In this document: positions 50,833-58,809 of the stretch, piece after piece
Numbering within the stretch: the first letter of the stretch is position 1
Layout: each line of letters starts with the position of its first letter
NCBI GenBank assembly: GCA_041690135.1
Contig: JAWLHY010000003.1
Span: forward strand, 544,001 to 608,000
Origin: Armatimonadota bacterium
Lineage (GTDB): Bacteria > Armatimonadota > SYMT01
Direction: 5' to 3'
DNA: 64,000 nt
The notes under the pieces: generated by a model
Database searches by the model: none
The model's input: the letters and a program-made list of their open reading frames with translations, nothing else
What the model was told of the DNA's origin: nothing
Made by a program: the position numbers and the translations under genes

Positions 50833-51258
50833 ATGCGTCCGTTCCTAAGCCACGCGGTGCGACTGGTCTTCTTACCGGTCGTGGTCCTTCTCCTGGGTTT
50901 CGCGCCCGGACCGTGGTATTGCGCCGATGGTTCTCCGTGCGCGGCGACCGCCGCCGCCTGCTGCTGCGGCTGTGCGGAAGCCGGGGGGACGGAGATCCAC
51001 GTCTGCGAGGACGCCGCCCCCGGCGAGGCGCTTTCCCCGGAAACCTGCGGCTGCTACCGGCTGGCGGTGGCGCCCGAATGCGTACCCGCGGGGGATCGCG
51101 AGCGACCCGACGTGGAGCCGGGCTTGCCGGCCCCGGTTGCGGTGATCGTCCCGCCGTTGCTGGTCGCCTCCCCGCGCGCTACTCCCGCCTCGGCGCACAG
51201 TCCACCTACCCATCTCATCTCCTCCGGGGACCCTCGCGGTCCGCCGCCCATCGGATAG
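50833..51258 (+). CDS. Cys-rich exported leader protein ending in RGPP (DUF2946/CutF/CruR-like arrest-peptide candidate)
   Basis: ATG 50824 or 50833; hydrophobic N-terminus, WYCADGSPC, CCCGC, CGC, Pro-rich tail ...DPRGPPPIG*. Confidence 0.72.
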   Translation: MRPFLSHAVRLVFLPVVVLLLGFAPGPWYCADGSPCAATAAACCCGCAEAGGTEIHVCEDAAPGEALSPETCGCYRLAVAPECVPAGDRERPDVEPGLPAPVAVIVPPLLVASPRATPASAHSPPTHLISSGDPRGPPPIG

Positions 51259-51333
51259 AGACCTGCAGTCCGTACCCACGCGACCCGGGTGGTACCGCGT
51301 GAGCAGTGATTCCTATCCATTGGAGATGATCTT

Positions 51334-52254
51334 TTGAGAGCCTATGCAGTTCTGCCGGCCTTGTGGCTGGTTGTAGTATCTGTCGCGGCGCCGGGGCCCG
51401 TGCGCGCCGCAACCCTACTAACCGCACCCCGGATGGCCGTTTGCGCCGTCTGTCGTGAGGGCGAGGAGCCGGTGCTGGCAACGGCGGTCCACCAGGGCCG
51501 CGAGTTCACCTTCTGCAGCGAGGAGTGCAAGAAGACCTTCCTCGCCAACCCGGCCGAGTTCTTGACCCATTCCCCAGCCGAACCGAAGCCTGCAGCCCCT
51601 AACCTTCAACCTTCAACTTCCAACCTTCAACCTGCCAACCCTGATCCCGTTATGCCAAACCGCAGAAGTCCTGGAGGCTCTGCGGCTCCCAGCTGACCGA
51701 GTTGACCCGGTGAGGGAACCTCCGTGCGAGGTTCAGGAGATCTACTGGCAACGCGTTTCAACCTGGGTATCCGGTACATTCCGGACGGAGTGATCGATCG
51801 GGCCAAATGGCGGAACACCCTGATGTACCGCCTGAGCCAGGACCTGCAAGCGGGTGTCGAATACAACCCGCTGGCGGATGATGTCGGGCTACTGGTCAAC
51901 TGGCGCGCCCTCCGCGAGACGGAGAATCGTCCGGCGCTTTCATTCGGCACTTCGTCGGACCGGATCGGCACCCCCTACGGGCGGGCTTACTTCGCCACGC
52001 TTTCGAAGGACCTGGAGCCGCGCATCGGGCTGCCCGTCAGCGTGTACGGGGGCGTGCTCTGGGGCTCGTTCGAGGATGAGTTCGTCTTCCCGTTCGGGGC
52101 GAACTTCCGGCTGGGCAACCAGTGGACGTTCACCCCACAGTACGACGGACACGCCTCCCACGGGCTGCTCACCTATTCGTGGGATCGTTACAGCGTCAGC
52201 GGCCTGCTGATCCGCTGGCGCTACCCGGGCGTGGCGTTTAATATCGGCTTCTGA
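51334..52254 (+). CDS. Exported YHS-domain + beta-barrel protein with a predicted UxxU (U121, U124; 306 aa)
   Basis: GGAGA SD + TTG; signal peptide; YHS motif CAVC...FTFCSEECKKTFLANP; in-frame AGC-TGA-CCG-AGT-TGA-CCC joins ORF 51334..51696 to ORF 51724..52254; C-terminal AFNIGF. Confidence 0.78.
51716..51734 (+). promoter_or_regulatory. Candidate SECIS hairpin
   Basis: GAACCTC-CGTGC-GAGGTTC, a perfect 7-bp stem; loop 17 nt after the second UGA and 26 nt after the first. Confidence 0.6.
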
Positions 52255-52432
52255 ACCCGATCGGTGCTCTCTCTGACACGGAGGGACACAGATTGGACGG
52301 GACGGAACGCAGAAGAACACGGCGGGACCGAGCCGTTCGCGGGCGATGGGGTCACCACGGAGCGCATAGAGACCACGGAGTGGAACCCCTTCCTTCTCCG
52401 AGGTCTCCGTGCGCTCCGTGGTGATTTCGTTC

Positions 52433-53320
52433 TTAAAAGAACGTCTCGAACGCAAACCGCAGCTCGTAGGGGTAGTCGCTGTGGTCCTGGGCGCCGCTGC
52501 GGGCGACCGGGACGAACACCCCGAACCGGAGCTGGTGATTGCCCTGGATGAACATCTGCGTGACGTGGAACCCGAACAGCCGGTGCCCGTTGTTCGCGTC
52601 GCGCCCGCTGCCCAGCGGGTCGTCCGCGTGGAACTCCCCGTGGATGCCGAAGGCGGTGTTCAGTCCCAGATCGGATGCCTCCACCTGCGGCTTGAACCAC
52701 CGCCCGTAAGCCGCGTCGAACATCAACATATCGCCCATGCGGAAGCCGCCCCCCACGTCGCGGTTCCAGACCACGCTGGCCCAGGTGGTGTCGTCCAGCC
52801 GCTCCAGGTCCCAGGCATACCCCAGCATGATCCCGGGATTGCCCGTCCCGGTCTGCGAGTGCGGGTCGAGGCGCTCCCCGGCGAGGCGGTGGCCGTCGTC
52901 GCCGGTGGGAAGCTTGATCCCATAGAAGATCGACTGCTGCTGATTGACGCCGATCTCCTGCCGCGCGGCGATCCGAGTCTTGGCGCGCAGGCTGAGGTCA
53001 CCCACCCCGGAAACCGTGGTGGAGCGCACCCCGCCTCCCGCCCGCCGCTCGTGGAGCGCGTTGTAGTAGGGGATCATCAGGCGGACGTTCAGCTTCGGAC
53101 TGAAGCCGTAGTCCACCATATACTCCTGCTCGAACATCCGCATCCGCTCGCCGCCCCGGCGGACAGTACCCGCGTCGAAGTATTTGAACTTCACTTCCGG
53201 GTGAATGACGCCAAACCCGAAGGTGATCGGCGTCTCCCCCCAGAGCGGCTCATGCGCCCGGGCCGGGGTAGCCCCAAGCAGCAGCGCCGCCAGGAGGCCG
53301 ATGCGTAGCATGCAATTCAT
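52433..53320 (-). CDS. Putative outer-membrane beta-barrel transporter
   Basis: Signal peptide (ARA/HEP), SGVGDLSL, GIKLPTG, QTGTG, C-terminal RFAFETFF; GGAGG SD just after the HMA gene. Confidence 0.75.
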   Translation of the reverse strand: MNCMLRIGLLAALLLGATPARAHEPLWGETPITFGFGVIHPEVKFKYFDAGTVRRGGERMRMFEQEYMVDYGFSPKLNVRLMIPYYNALHERRAGGGVRSTTVSGVGDLSLRAKTRIAARQEIGVNQQQSIFYGIKLPTGDDGHRLAGERLDPHSQTGTGNPGIMLGYAWDLERLDDTTWASVVWNRDVGGGFRMGDMLMFDAAYGRWFKPQVEASDLGLNTAFGIHGEFHADDPLGSGRDANNGHRLFGFHVTQMFIQGNHQLRFGVFVPVARSGAQDHSDYPYELRFAFETFF

Positions 53321-53332
53321 CGGATCGCCTCC

Positions 53333-53884
53333 TTATCGCTTCGGCCTCTTGTCTTCGGCGCCGTAGATCGCGGTGACCGCCAGGGAGCCCTTGCTGTCCG
53401 GACCCTGCGGATCGGGTTTCCAGAGCCCTTCCACCTCGACCTGGTCACCTACATGCCGGTTCAGCTGCACAGCAGTGTCCGGGTCCTCTTTCGCAGCCAC
53501 CACAGAGAGCGAGGTGGGGGATTTCATGCCGTCCAATTCGAGGAGCAATGTGTCTCCCCGTTTTACGACGGTGCCGGAGACGACCAACTCCACCTGGTCC
53601 TCGATCGGCTTGTAGCCGGCCTCCCGGATCTTCTCGAGCATCTTCGGGATCTCGGGCCAGGCACCGGGCTTCACCTTTACCTCCATGTGCGGAGGTCGAA
53701 GAATCAACTTGGATTGAGCAACGCCATCCAGGCGCTGCAGCCCCTTACGGAGCGTAATGCCTCAGGTCGCTCACGTGGCCCCTTTGATACCCAGCTTGAC
53801 GAGCTTGACATCGGCCAGGCCCGGAGAGGCGAGCAAGGAAGTAAGGGCGACGGAAGCCCCGAAGAAGAGAACCTTTCTAAACAT
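53333..53884 (-). CDS. Exported heavy-metal-associated (HMA, MerP/CopZ-like) protein with a predicted UxxU metal site (U38, U41; 183 aa)
   Basis: ATG 53884; signal peptide; LGIKGAT-U-AT-U-GITLRKGLQRLDGV...KIREAGY follows the HMA pattern GMxCxxC..I...L..L.GV...I..AGY; TGA at 53771-53773 and 53762-53764; joins ORFs 53771..54118 and 53333..53707. Confidence 0.88.
53737..53760 (-). promoter_or_regulatory. Candidate SECIS hairpin
   Basis: GCA-(UUAC)-GCUCC-GUAA-GGGGC-UGC; loop starts at +14 and +23 from the two UGAs. Confidence 0.5.
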
Positions 53885-53968
53885 GCGCAGTCGATCCAAT
53901 CCAGTTCCCGCGCCGGGAACAGTCACGCCGATCCATGCGGATGGCATAGGGAGTGGGGATGAAATGGA

Positions 53969-54095
53969 TGTTGTTGGAAAACCCACGGATGTCATGGGCC
54001 ACAGGACCGTAGGGAATGTGACGCCGTTCCATTCCGCTGGTCCGGCACTTGATCCCGTGGCGCCAAGAGTGCGCAGTCCGGGTTTCCCAACAGCA
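53969..54095. mobile_element. MITE-like element containing a GTAG REP
   Basis: Terminal IR TGTTGTTGGAAAACCC / GGGTTTCCCAACAGCA (14/16); internal REP at 54009-54039. Confidence 0.55.
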
Positions 54096-54189
54096 ACCGT
54101 AAAGATCCCCTCCGGCAATCCTGACCCGCATCCCGGTGAGATTCCGGGGCGAAGGGCGGAGCACGCCGGAGTTTGGAGCAGTGGAGGGA

Positions 54190-54678
54190 CTACGCAGTGG
54201 GCGGGGCTCGTGATGGCCCCAAAGAGAGGAGCGGAGGCGGGCTATGCCCCAGCGGATCAGCGGGGCGGGTACCGAACGTCGCCGTCAGCAGAGGGGGCGA
54301 CAGGTGAGCCGGCGGCAACAAACCGTCGGGAGCCGACTCGGGGTGTGAGGTCGTGGAGGTTCGCAGCGAGGGCGCGGCCGGCCGGGAAGAGACGATGAAC
54401 CGGCAGTGATCGCCGGTAGAAATCTGGGCTCCCGGACCCGGAGGCGCAGCCGCCAGCCCGGGATACCGGCCATGTCCGCAGCGAAGTTGCACCGGTGAGA
54501 CGCAGCAGGAAGCAGCTTCTACCCCGGCGGTACGGTCGTCCTTCGCGCAGTGGTACCCCCGGCTGTCGGCCACGCAGGGAGTGCCGTCCGGGCAGGACCA
54601 GTACGCGGCAAAGGGTGCGACCGGTCCCAGGACCAGCGTCAGGATCAGCAGTATCGCCAGGAGCAGCCGTCTCATCAT
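54190..54678 (-). CDS. Cys-rich exported leader protein ending in RAPP (DUF2946/CutF/CruR-like arrest-peptide candidate)
   Basis: Signal/TM segment; YWSCPDGTPC, SCC, CGH, DHC; Pro-rich tail ...GPSRAPPTA*. Confidence 0.75.
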   Translation of the reverse strand: MMRRLLLAILLILTLVLGPVAPFAAYWSCPDGTPCVADSRGYHCAKDDRTAGVEAASCCVSPVQLRCGHGRYPGLAAAPPGPGAQISTGDHCRFIVSSRPAAPSLRTSTTSHPESAPDGLLPPAHLSPPLLTATFGTRPADPLGHSPPPLLSLGPSRAPPTA

Positions 54679-54883
54679 GGGTAAGCGAGACCGGAAAGGA
54701 TCCGTCTCTGCTTAACCATACGGCACCCTCGGTCCCGGCGTCATCGCGAACGTGACAGTCGCGGGCACCTCTTTCCGTCCTAACTCCGCTGAAGGCCTCG
54801 AGCGAGTTCGGACGATCCGCATCCTGGGAAATACGACTTTGAAGCGACTCGAACTGAGCTGCGGGAGTGGACTGGAGGTAGGG

Positions 54884-55585
54884 ATGGAACGGGCGCAATT
54901 CTGGAAGGGGCTCGCGATCGGGATCGCGGCCACCCTGCTGGCGGCCGTTCTGATCATGCTAGTTTCGCTAACGGTGATGAGCGCGAACCAGGATGCAGGT
55001 GGTATCCCTCCGATGAACGGCGCCCGGCATGAGGATCCTCCCACGCGCCGCGAGACGAATGGCGGGATGATGGACCCGGACGGCATGATGGGCGGCGGCA
55101 GGATGATGGACGGCATGCCGCCCTGGATGATGAGCCGGCCGGATACCGGCGCGGCGGGTGGCGGCCCGGAGATGATGCGGGACATGCGGACCATCCGCCA
55201 ACTTCTGACCCAGCATGAGAAGATCGAGCGTTACCTGTGGGAGATCCCCGGCGGGGTCCGCGCCGTGACGACCAGCGAAGATCCGCAGGTGGCCCAGGCG
55301 ATCCGCACGCATGTCCGCCAGATGAAGGAGCGGCTCGAGCAGGGGCAGCCGATCCGGATGATGGACCCCCTCTTCCGCGAGCTCTTCCGGCATCACGAGA
55401 AGATCAACATACAGGTCGAAGAGGTGCCGGGCGGCGTACGCGTGACGGAAACCTCGCAGGACCCACAGGTGACGGCGCTTATCCGCCAGCATGCAAACCG
55501 GGCCGTCTCCGAGTTCGTGGAGCGGGGCATGCCGCGGGCCATGGAGCCGACGCCGCTGCCGCCTGGCTATGAGACCGGCCGGTGA
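54884..55585 (+). CDS. Membrane-anchored Met-rich periplasmic protein
   Basis: GGAGG SD + ATG 54884; TM; GGMMDPDGMMGGGRMMDGM; internal duplication HEKI......PGGVR...TS.DPQV...IR.H. Confidence 0.75.
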   Translation: MERAQFWKGLAIGIAATLLAAVLIMLVSLTVMSANQDAGGIPPMNGARHEDPPTRRETNGGMMDPDGMMGGGRMMDGMPPWMMSRPDTGAAGGGPEMMRDMRTIRQLLTQHEKIERYLWEIPGGVRAVTTSEDPQVAQAIRTHVRQMKERLEQGQPIRMMDPLFRELFRHHEKINIQVEEVPGGVRVTETSQDPQVTALIRQHANRAVSEFVERGMPRAMEPTPLPPGYETGR

Positions 55586-55617
55586 GCGGCCGGTGTGCAC
55601 CCCCACTCCAGTCAGGC

Positions 55618-56700
55618 TCAGAACTGCGAGAAGAGCAGTCCGCCCGCCAGCCCCAACACCAGGACGAACAGGCCCAGGCAGGCCGCCGCGCGATAGGAGC
55701 CCAGCACCTTCCCCAGCATCCAGAGGGAGGGGAAGCTGACCGAGGGCAGCACCACCAGCAGCGCCACGGCCGGGCCTTCGCCCATTCCGGCCCGGGTAAA
55801 CTCCGAGACCCAGAGGACTTCCGTGAAGGTCGGGACCATCAGCAGGGTCCCGAGCAGGGAGGCCGCCGCGGTGGGCAGCAGCCCGTTGCCGAAGCTCCGC
55901 GCCACCGCTTCCACCGGCAGCGCGGTCTTGAGCAGCCCGATCAGGAGAAAGCCGAGCAGCAGCATCGGCAGGACCATCCGGGCGATGGCGGCGGTCTGGG
56001 CCAGCCAGCGAGCGAGCATCTCGCCGACGGAGGTATCCGGCGGCGGACCTACCGGACAGACTTCCTCTTCCTGCTTGCCCGGTATCAACCGGCTCGCCAG
56101 GTACGTGGCGCCCAGGGCAGCGGCCACTCCCAGAACCAGCCGGGCCACGGCCAGCTTTACCGGCAGCAACTCGAAGGCGAGGATGAGGGTGACGGTGTTC
56201 AGCGCCGGCGCGGTGACGAAGTAAGCCATGGCCGCACCCCGTCCGGCGCCGGAGGCCCGCAGCCCCGCGGTAGCTCCCACCGCGCAGCAGGAGCAGAACA
56301 TACTCGGGAGCCCCATGATTAGGCCCGCAAACTGCTGCCGGAACCCGTTTCCGCCCAGATGTCGCCGGATCAACTCCGGCAGAAAGGCCTGGACCGCGCC
56401 GCCGATGAAGAGGCCGAGCAGGGTCGCCGACCAGACCGCATTCACATAATCGACGGTGTAGAGGAACGGCAAGGCCCACTGCGGTGCGTGCTGAAGATCC
56501 AGCGAGAGCGGAAACTTCGTGCCCAGGGGAGTGACGTTGACGATCCCCAGCTTGTTCAGCAGTGAGAGGATGCGGTACTGGAACACCAGCCCGAACAACA
56601 CCGCGAAGACGCCGAACACGACCCCATTGCGCTGGCGACGACTGAGAGGGGTGGGCCGGACGCTCTCCGGCTCTGGCATGGGGGCTGCAAGCGTGGACAT
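55618..56700 (-). CDS. DUF318/ArsP-like permease
   Basis: PSMFCSCC, AMAYFVTAPALN, GMGEGPAVALL..LPSVS. Confidence 0.85.
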   Translation of the reverse strand: MSTLAAPMPEPESVRPTPLSRRQRNGVVFGVFAVLFGLVFQYRILSLLNKLGIVNVTPLGTKFPLSLDLQHAPQWALPFLYTVDYVNAVWSATLLGLFIGGAVQAFLPELIRRHLGGNGFRQQFAGLIMGLPSMFCSCCAVGATAGLRASGAGRGAAMAYFVTAPALNTVTLILAFELLPVKLAVARLVLGVAAALGATYLASRLIPGKQEEEVCPVGPPPDTSVGEMLARWLAQTAAIARMVLPMLLLGFLLIGLLKTALPVEAVARSFGNGLLPTAAASLLGTLLMVPTFTEVLWVSEFTRAGMGEGPAVALLVVLPSVSFPSLWMLGKVLGSYRAAACLGLFVLVLGLAGGLLFSQF

Positions 56701-57123
56701 CCCGGAGTGGACCCTCTGGAACCTCCCGGCTATTTCAGTAAACCGCGCGGGAGGTGGTGAGTGAAGCGACGGCCTGGGCCACTCGGCACCCGGCCGGACT
56801 GTCGCGACGACTATTCACTTCACCATACCGGCCCGACCCCAATCCTTCCAATCAAAATCCTCGATGGGGAGGGAGATGAGCTATCGAGGGTCGCTATTCA
56901 GGTGCTCTTCGATAAGGATTAACTGTGCTTGGCACGCAGATCTCGGATCCCCCAAGCGGCCCGGTCTGGGCGCGGCTAGGTGGAGCGAACACCGTCCTGC
57001 CCTTGAGCGTGGAATCGCCGCATGCCGCGGCGTTTTGCGATCCTGGACCCGGTGCCTGATGTGGCTATCGGAGGTCGTCCCAGGATGCGGAAGCCGGGTC
57101 TGATGTCACCCAACTTGCACGAC

Positions 57124-57840
57124 CTAACCGGCCTGGGCCCGCCGGTTCACCTCGTTCCAGTCGATATGGTCGAGGAACTTGCCGACGTAATCGCCCTTGC
57201 GGTTCTGGTAGTCCACGTAGAACGCGTGCTCGTACACGTCGCACACCAGCAAAGGCTGCCCGAACCAGAGCACACCGACCTCGTGGAGATCGCTGGCCAC
57301 GTTATAGAGCTGACCGTTTACGGCGTCGCGCGCCAGGATGCCCCAGCCGTTCGCCGCTATGCAGGTGGCCCGGAAATCATCCATCCATCGCTCCACTGAG
57401 CCGAACCGCTTCGTCAGGGCCATGCGAATATCTTCCTGAGGTCCTGCCTTTTGCGCCGTCATGTTCTCGAAGTAAAGCTCGTGGAGCACGACGCTGTTCG
57501 CCCGATTCACGCGGTCCTTCACCAGCAGGCTGTGGGCCGGCGACGAAAGCGGCTGATTTCCCTCCAGCATCTGGCCGAGCTGCTGCTCGTCACTCAGGAA
57601 TGCCTTGAGTGCGCCCCCGTAGTGGGCCGTGTGGTGCGGCGCGAGCTGAGCGCGCGAGAGGAACCCCGGCAGCTCGGCATAGGGCAGGGGCTTCGGCTTC
57701 GCGGTCACCAACCCCGAATTGGCGGGAAACGCTTTTCCCTCCGCCGCCTCCGCGGGCGCTACCTCGGCGACCATGATGCCGGCGGCGCAGCCGGCAAATC
57801 CACGCAGCACCTCACGGCGAACGATCCTGGGAGTATTCAT
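57124..57840 (-). CDS. Tat-exported Fe/Mn superoxide dismutase-like protein (ChrC-like)
   Basis: RREVL twin-Arg; HHTAHY, NSVVLHELYFENM, FGSVERW, DVYEHAFYVDY. Confidence 0.85.
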   Translation of the reverse strand: MNTPRIVRREVLRGFAGCAAGIMVAEVAPAEAAEGKAFPANSGLVTAKPKPLPYAELPGFLSRAQLAPHHTAHYGGALKAFLSDEQQLGQMLEGNQPLSSPAHSLLVKDRVNRANSVVLHELYFENMTAQKAGPQEDIRMALTKRFGSVERWMDDFRATCIAANGWGILARDAVNGQLYNVASDLHEVGVLWFGQPLLVCDVYEHAFYVDYQNRKGDYVGKFLDHIDWNEVNRRAQAG

Positions 57841-58031
57841 TGCAGCTTCCTTACAGGGCAGAGCATTGACCTACGGCGATTATATACCTCAACAGGCTGT
57901 ACGATCTGCAGCGCTGGCCGGGATCCGGCATACCTAAGCGGAGGAACCTTCCGTAGAAGGGACCAAGATCGAACCGGCCGGGGCTCACGTCGTGCAAGCA
58001 TCTGGAATCCCTGATTCCGTCGCGATTCGAA

Positions 58032-58754
58032 GTGATGGTTGAGATGAATAACAGTGAACCGTTGCACCCTTCAGCGGCTCAGGTGGCTCGCAGGGCCCTG
58101 GTGCTCGCAGCAGTCACCTGCCGTGGTTCGATCGACCGTGCCTCCGGCGTGCCGGAAGCCGAGGCCCTTTACGTCAGTATACTGGAATGGCTTACGAGCA
58201 CCCGATTGTGGGCTGACGTGCAGCCTGATGAGAAAAGCCTCCTGGAAACACCCTTGGGGAGCTTGCCCGAGCGGGACGTGATCCGAGCCACCTGGCGGGT
58301 CGAAGGCATGGCGGTTCTGGCGTGGGCATTGAAGCTGCTGGATCCCCCGAGGCATGACGCGAAGGTCGATCCTTATGCCGTTGCGGAGGCCGTTGGCTTC
58401 TTGAGCGATGAAGTCCCAAATCTGATTAGCGCGGCAGAGCTCCAGCCATACGAGCATCTTGTGAGTTATCGGGAACTTCTGTACGCGGTCCACTCCCGGC
58501 TGCGGGCGTATCTCCGCCACCCCGCTTCCAAGGATTTCCGCGGTTGGATCGAAGAGGATTGGCTGGATTTGCTCCGGGTGAACACTTGCGAGCTTCTGGC
58601 GGGAGATGATCTCGGCATCGACGGGGTTCCCGTGGCGGAGGCTGACCTGGAGCGCATTCGCGAAGTGGAGTGGGTGACGACGGAACGGCATCGCGCCGTC
58701 CTCTGGCTCCTAGGGGATGCGGCTTCTTACTCCGAGGTGCACGTCGACACGTGA
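58032..58754 (+). CDS. DUF4272-like protein
   Basis: VARRALVL, WRVEGMAVLAWAL, ERHRAVLWL, YSEVHVDT. Confidence 0.75.
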   Translation: MMVEMNNSEPLHPSAAQVARRALVLAAVTCRGSIDRASGVPEAEALYVSILEWLTSTRLWADVQPDEKSLLETPLGSLPERDVIRATWRVEGMAVLAWALKLLDPPRHDAKVDPYAVAEAVGFLSDEVPNLISAAELQPYEHLVSYRELLYAVHSRLRAYLRHPASKDFRGWIEEDWLDLLRVNTCELLAGDDLGIDGVPVAEADLERIREVEWVTTERHRAVLWLLGDAASYSEVHVDT

Positions 58755-58809
58755 GAAGCCGGCGTGCCACCGCGCGGGATGCGCAGAGAATGGGAGTAGG
58801 GTAAGGGGA

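Noticed and set aside
49409-53884. Treating the rhodanese, YHS/barrel and HMA genes as pseudogenes
   Set aside because: All five interruptions are TGA, with no TAA/TAG or frameshifts; three fall on known catalytic or metal-binding Cys positions and the other two form a CxxC-spaced pair. Not formally excluded without seeing the Sec machinery
55612-55620. TGA-GCC-TGA at the end of the permease as further Sec codons
   Set aside because: The permease is already complete, no Cys-motif context exists, and readthrough would run into the convergent gene; more likely tandem stops
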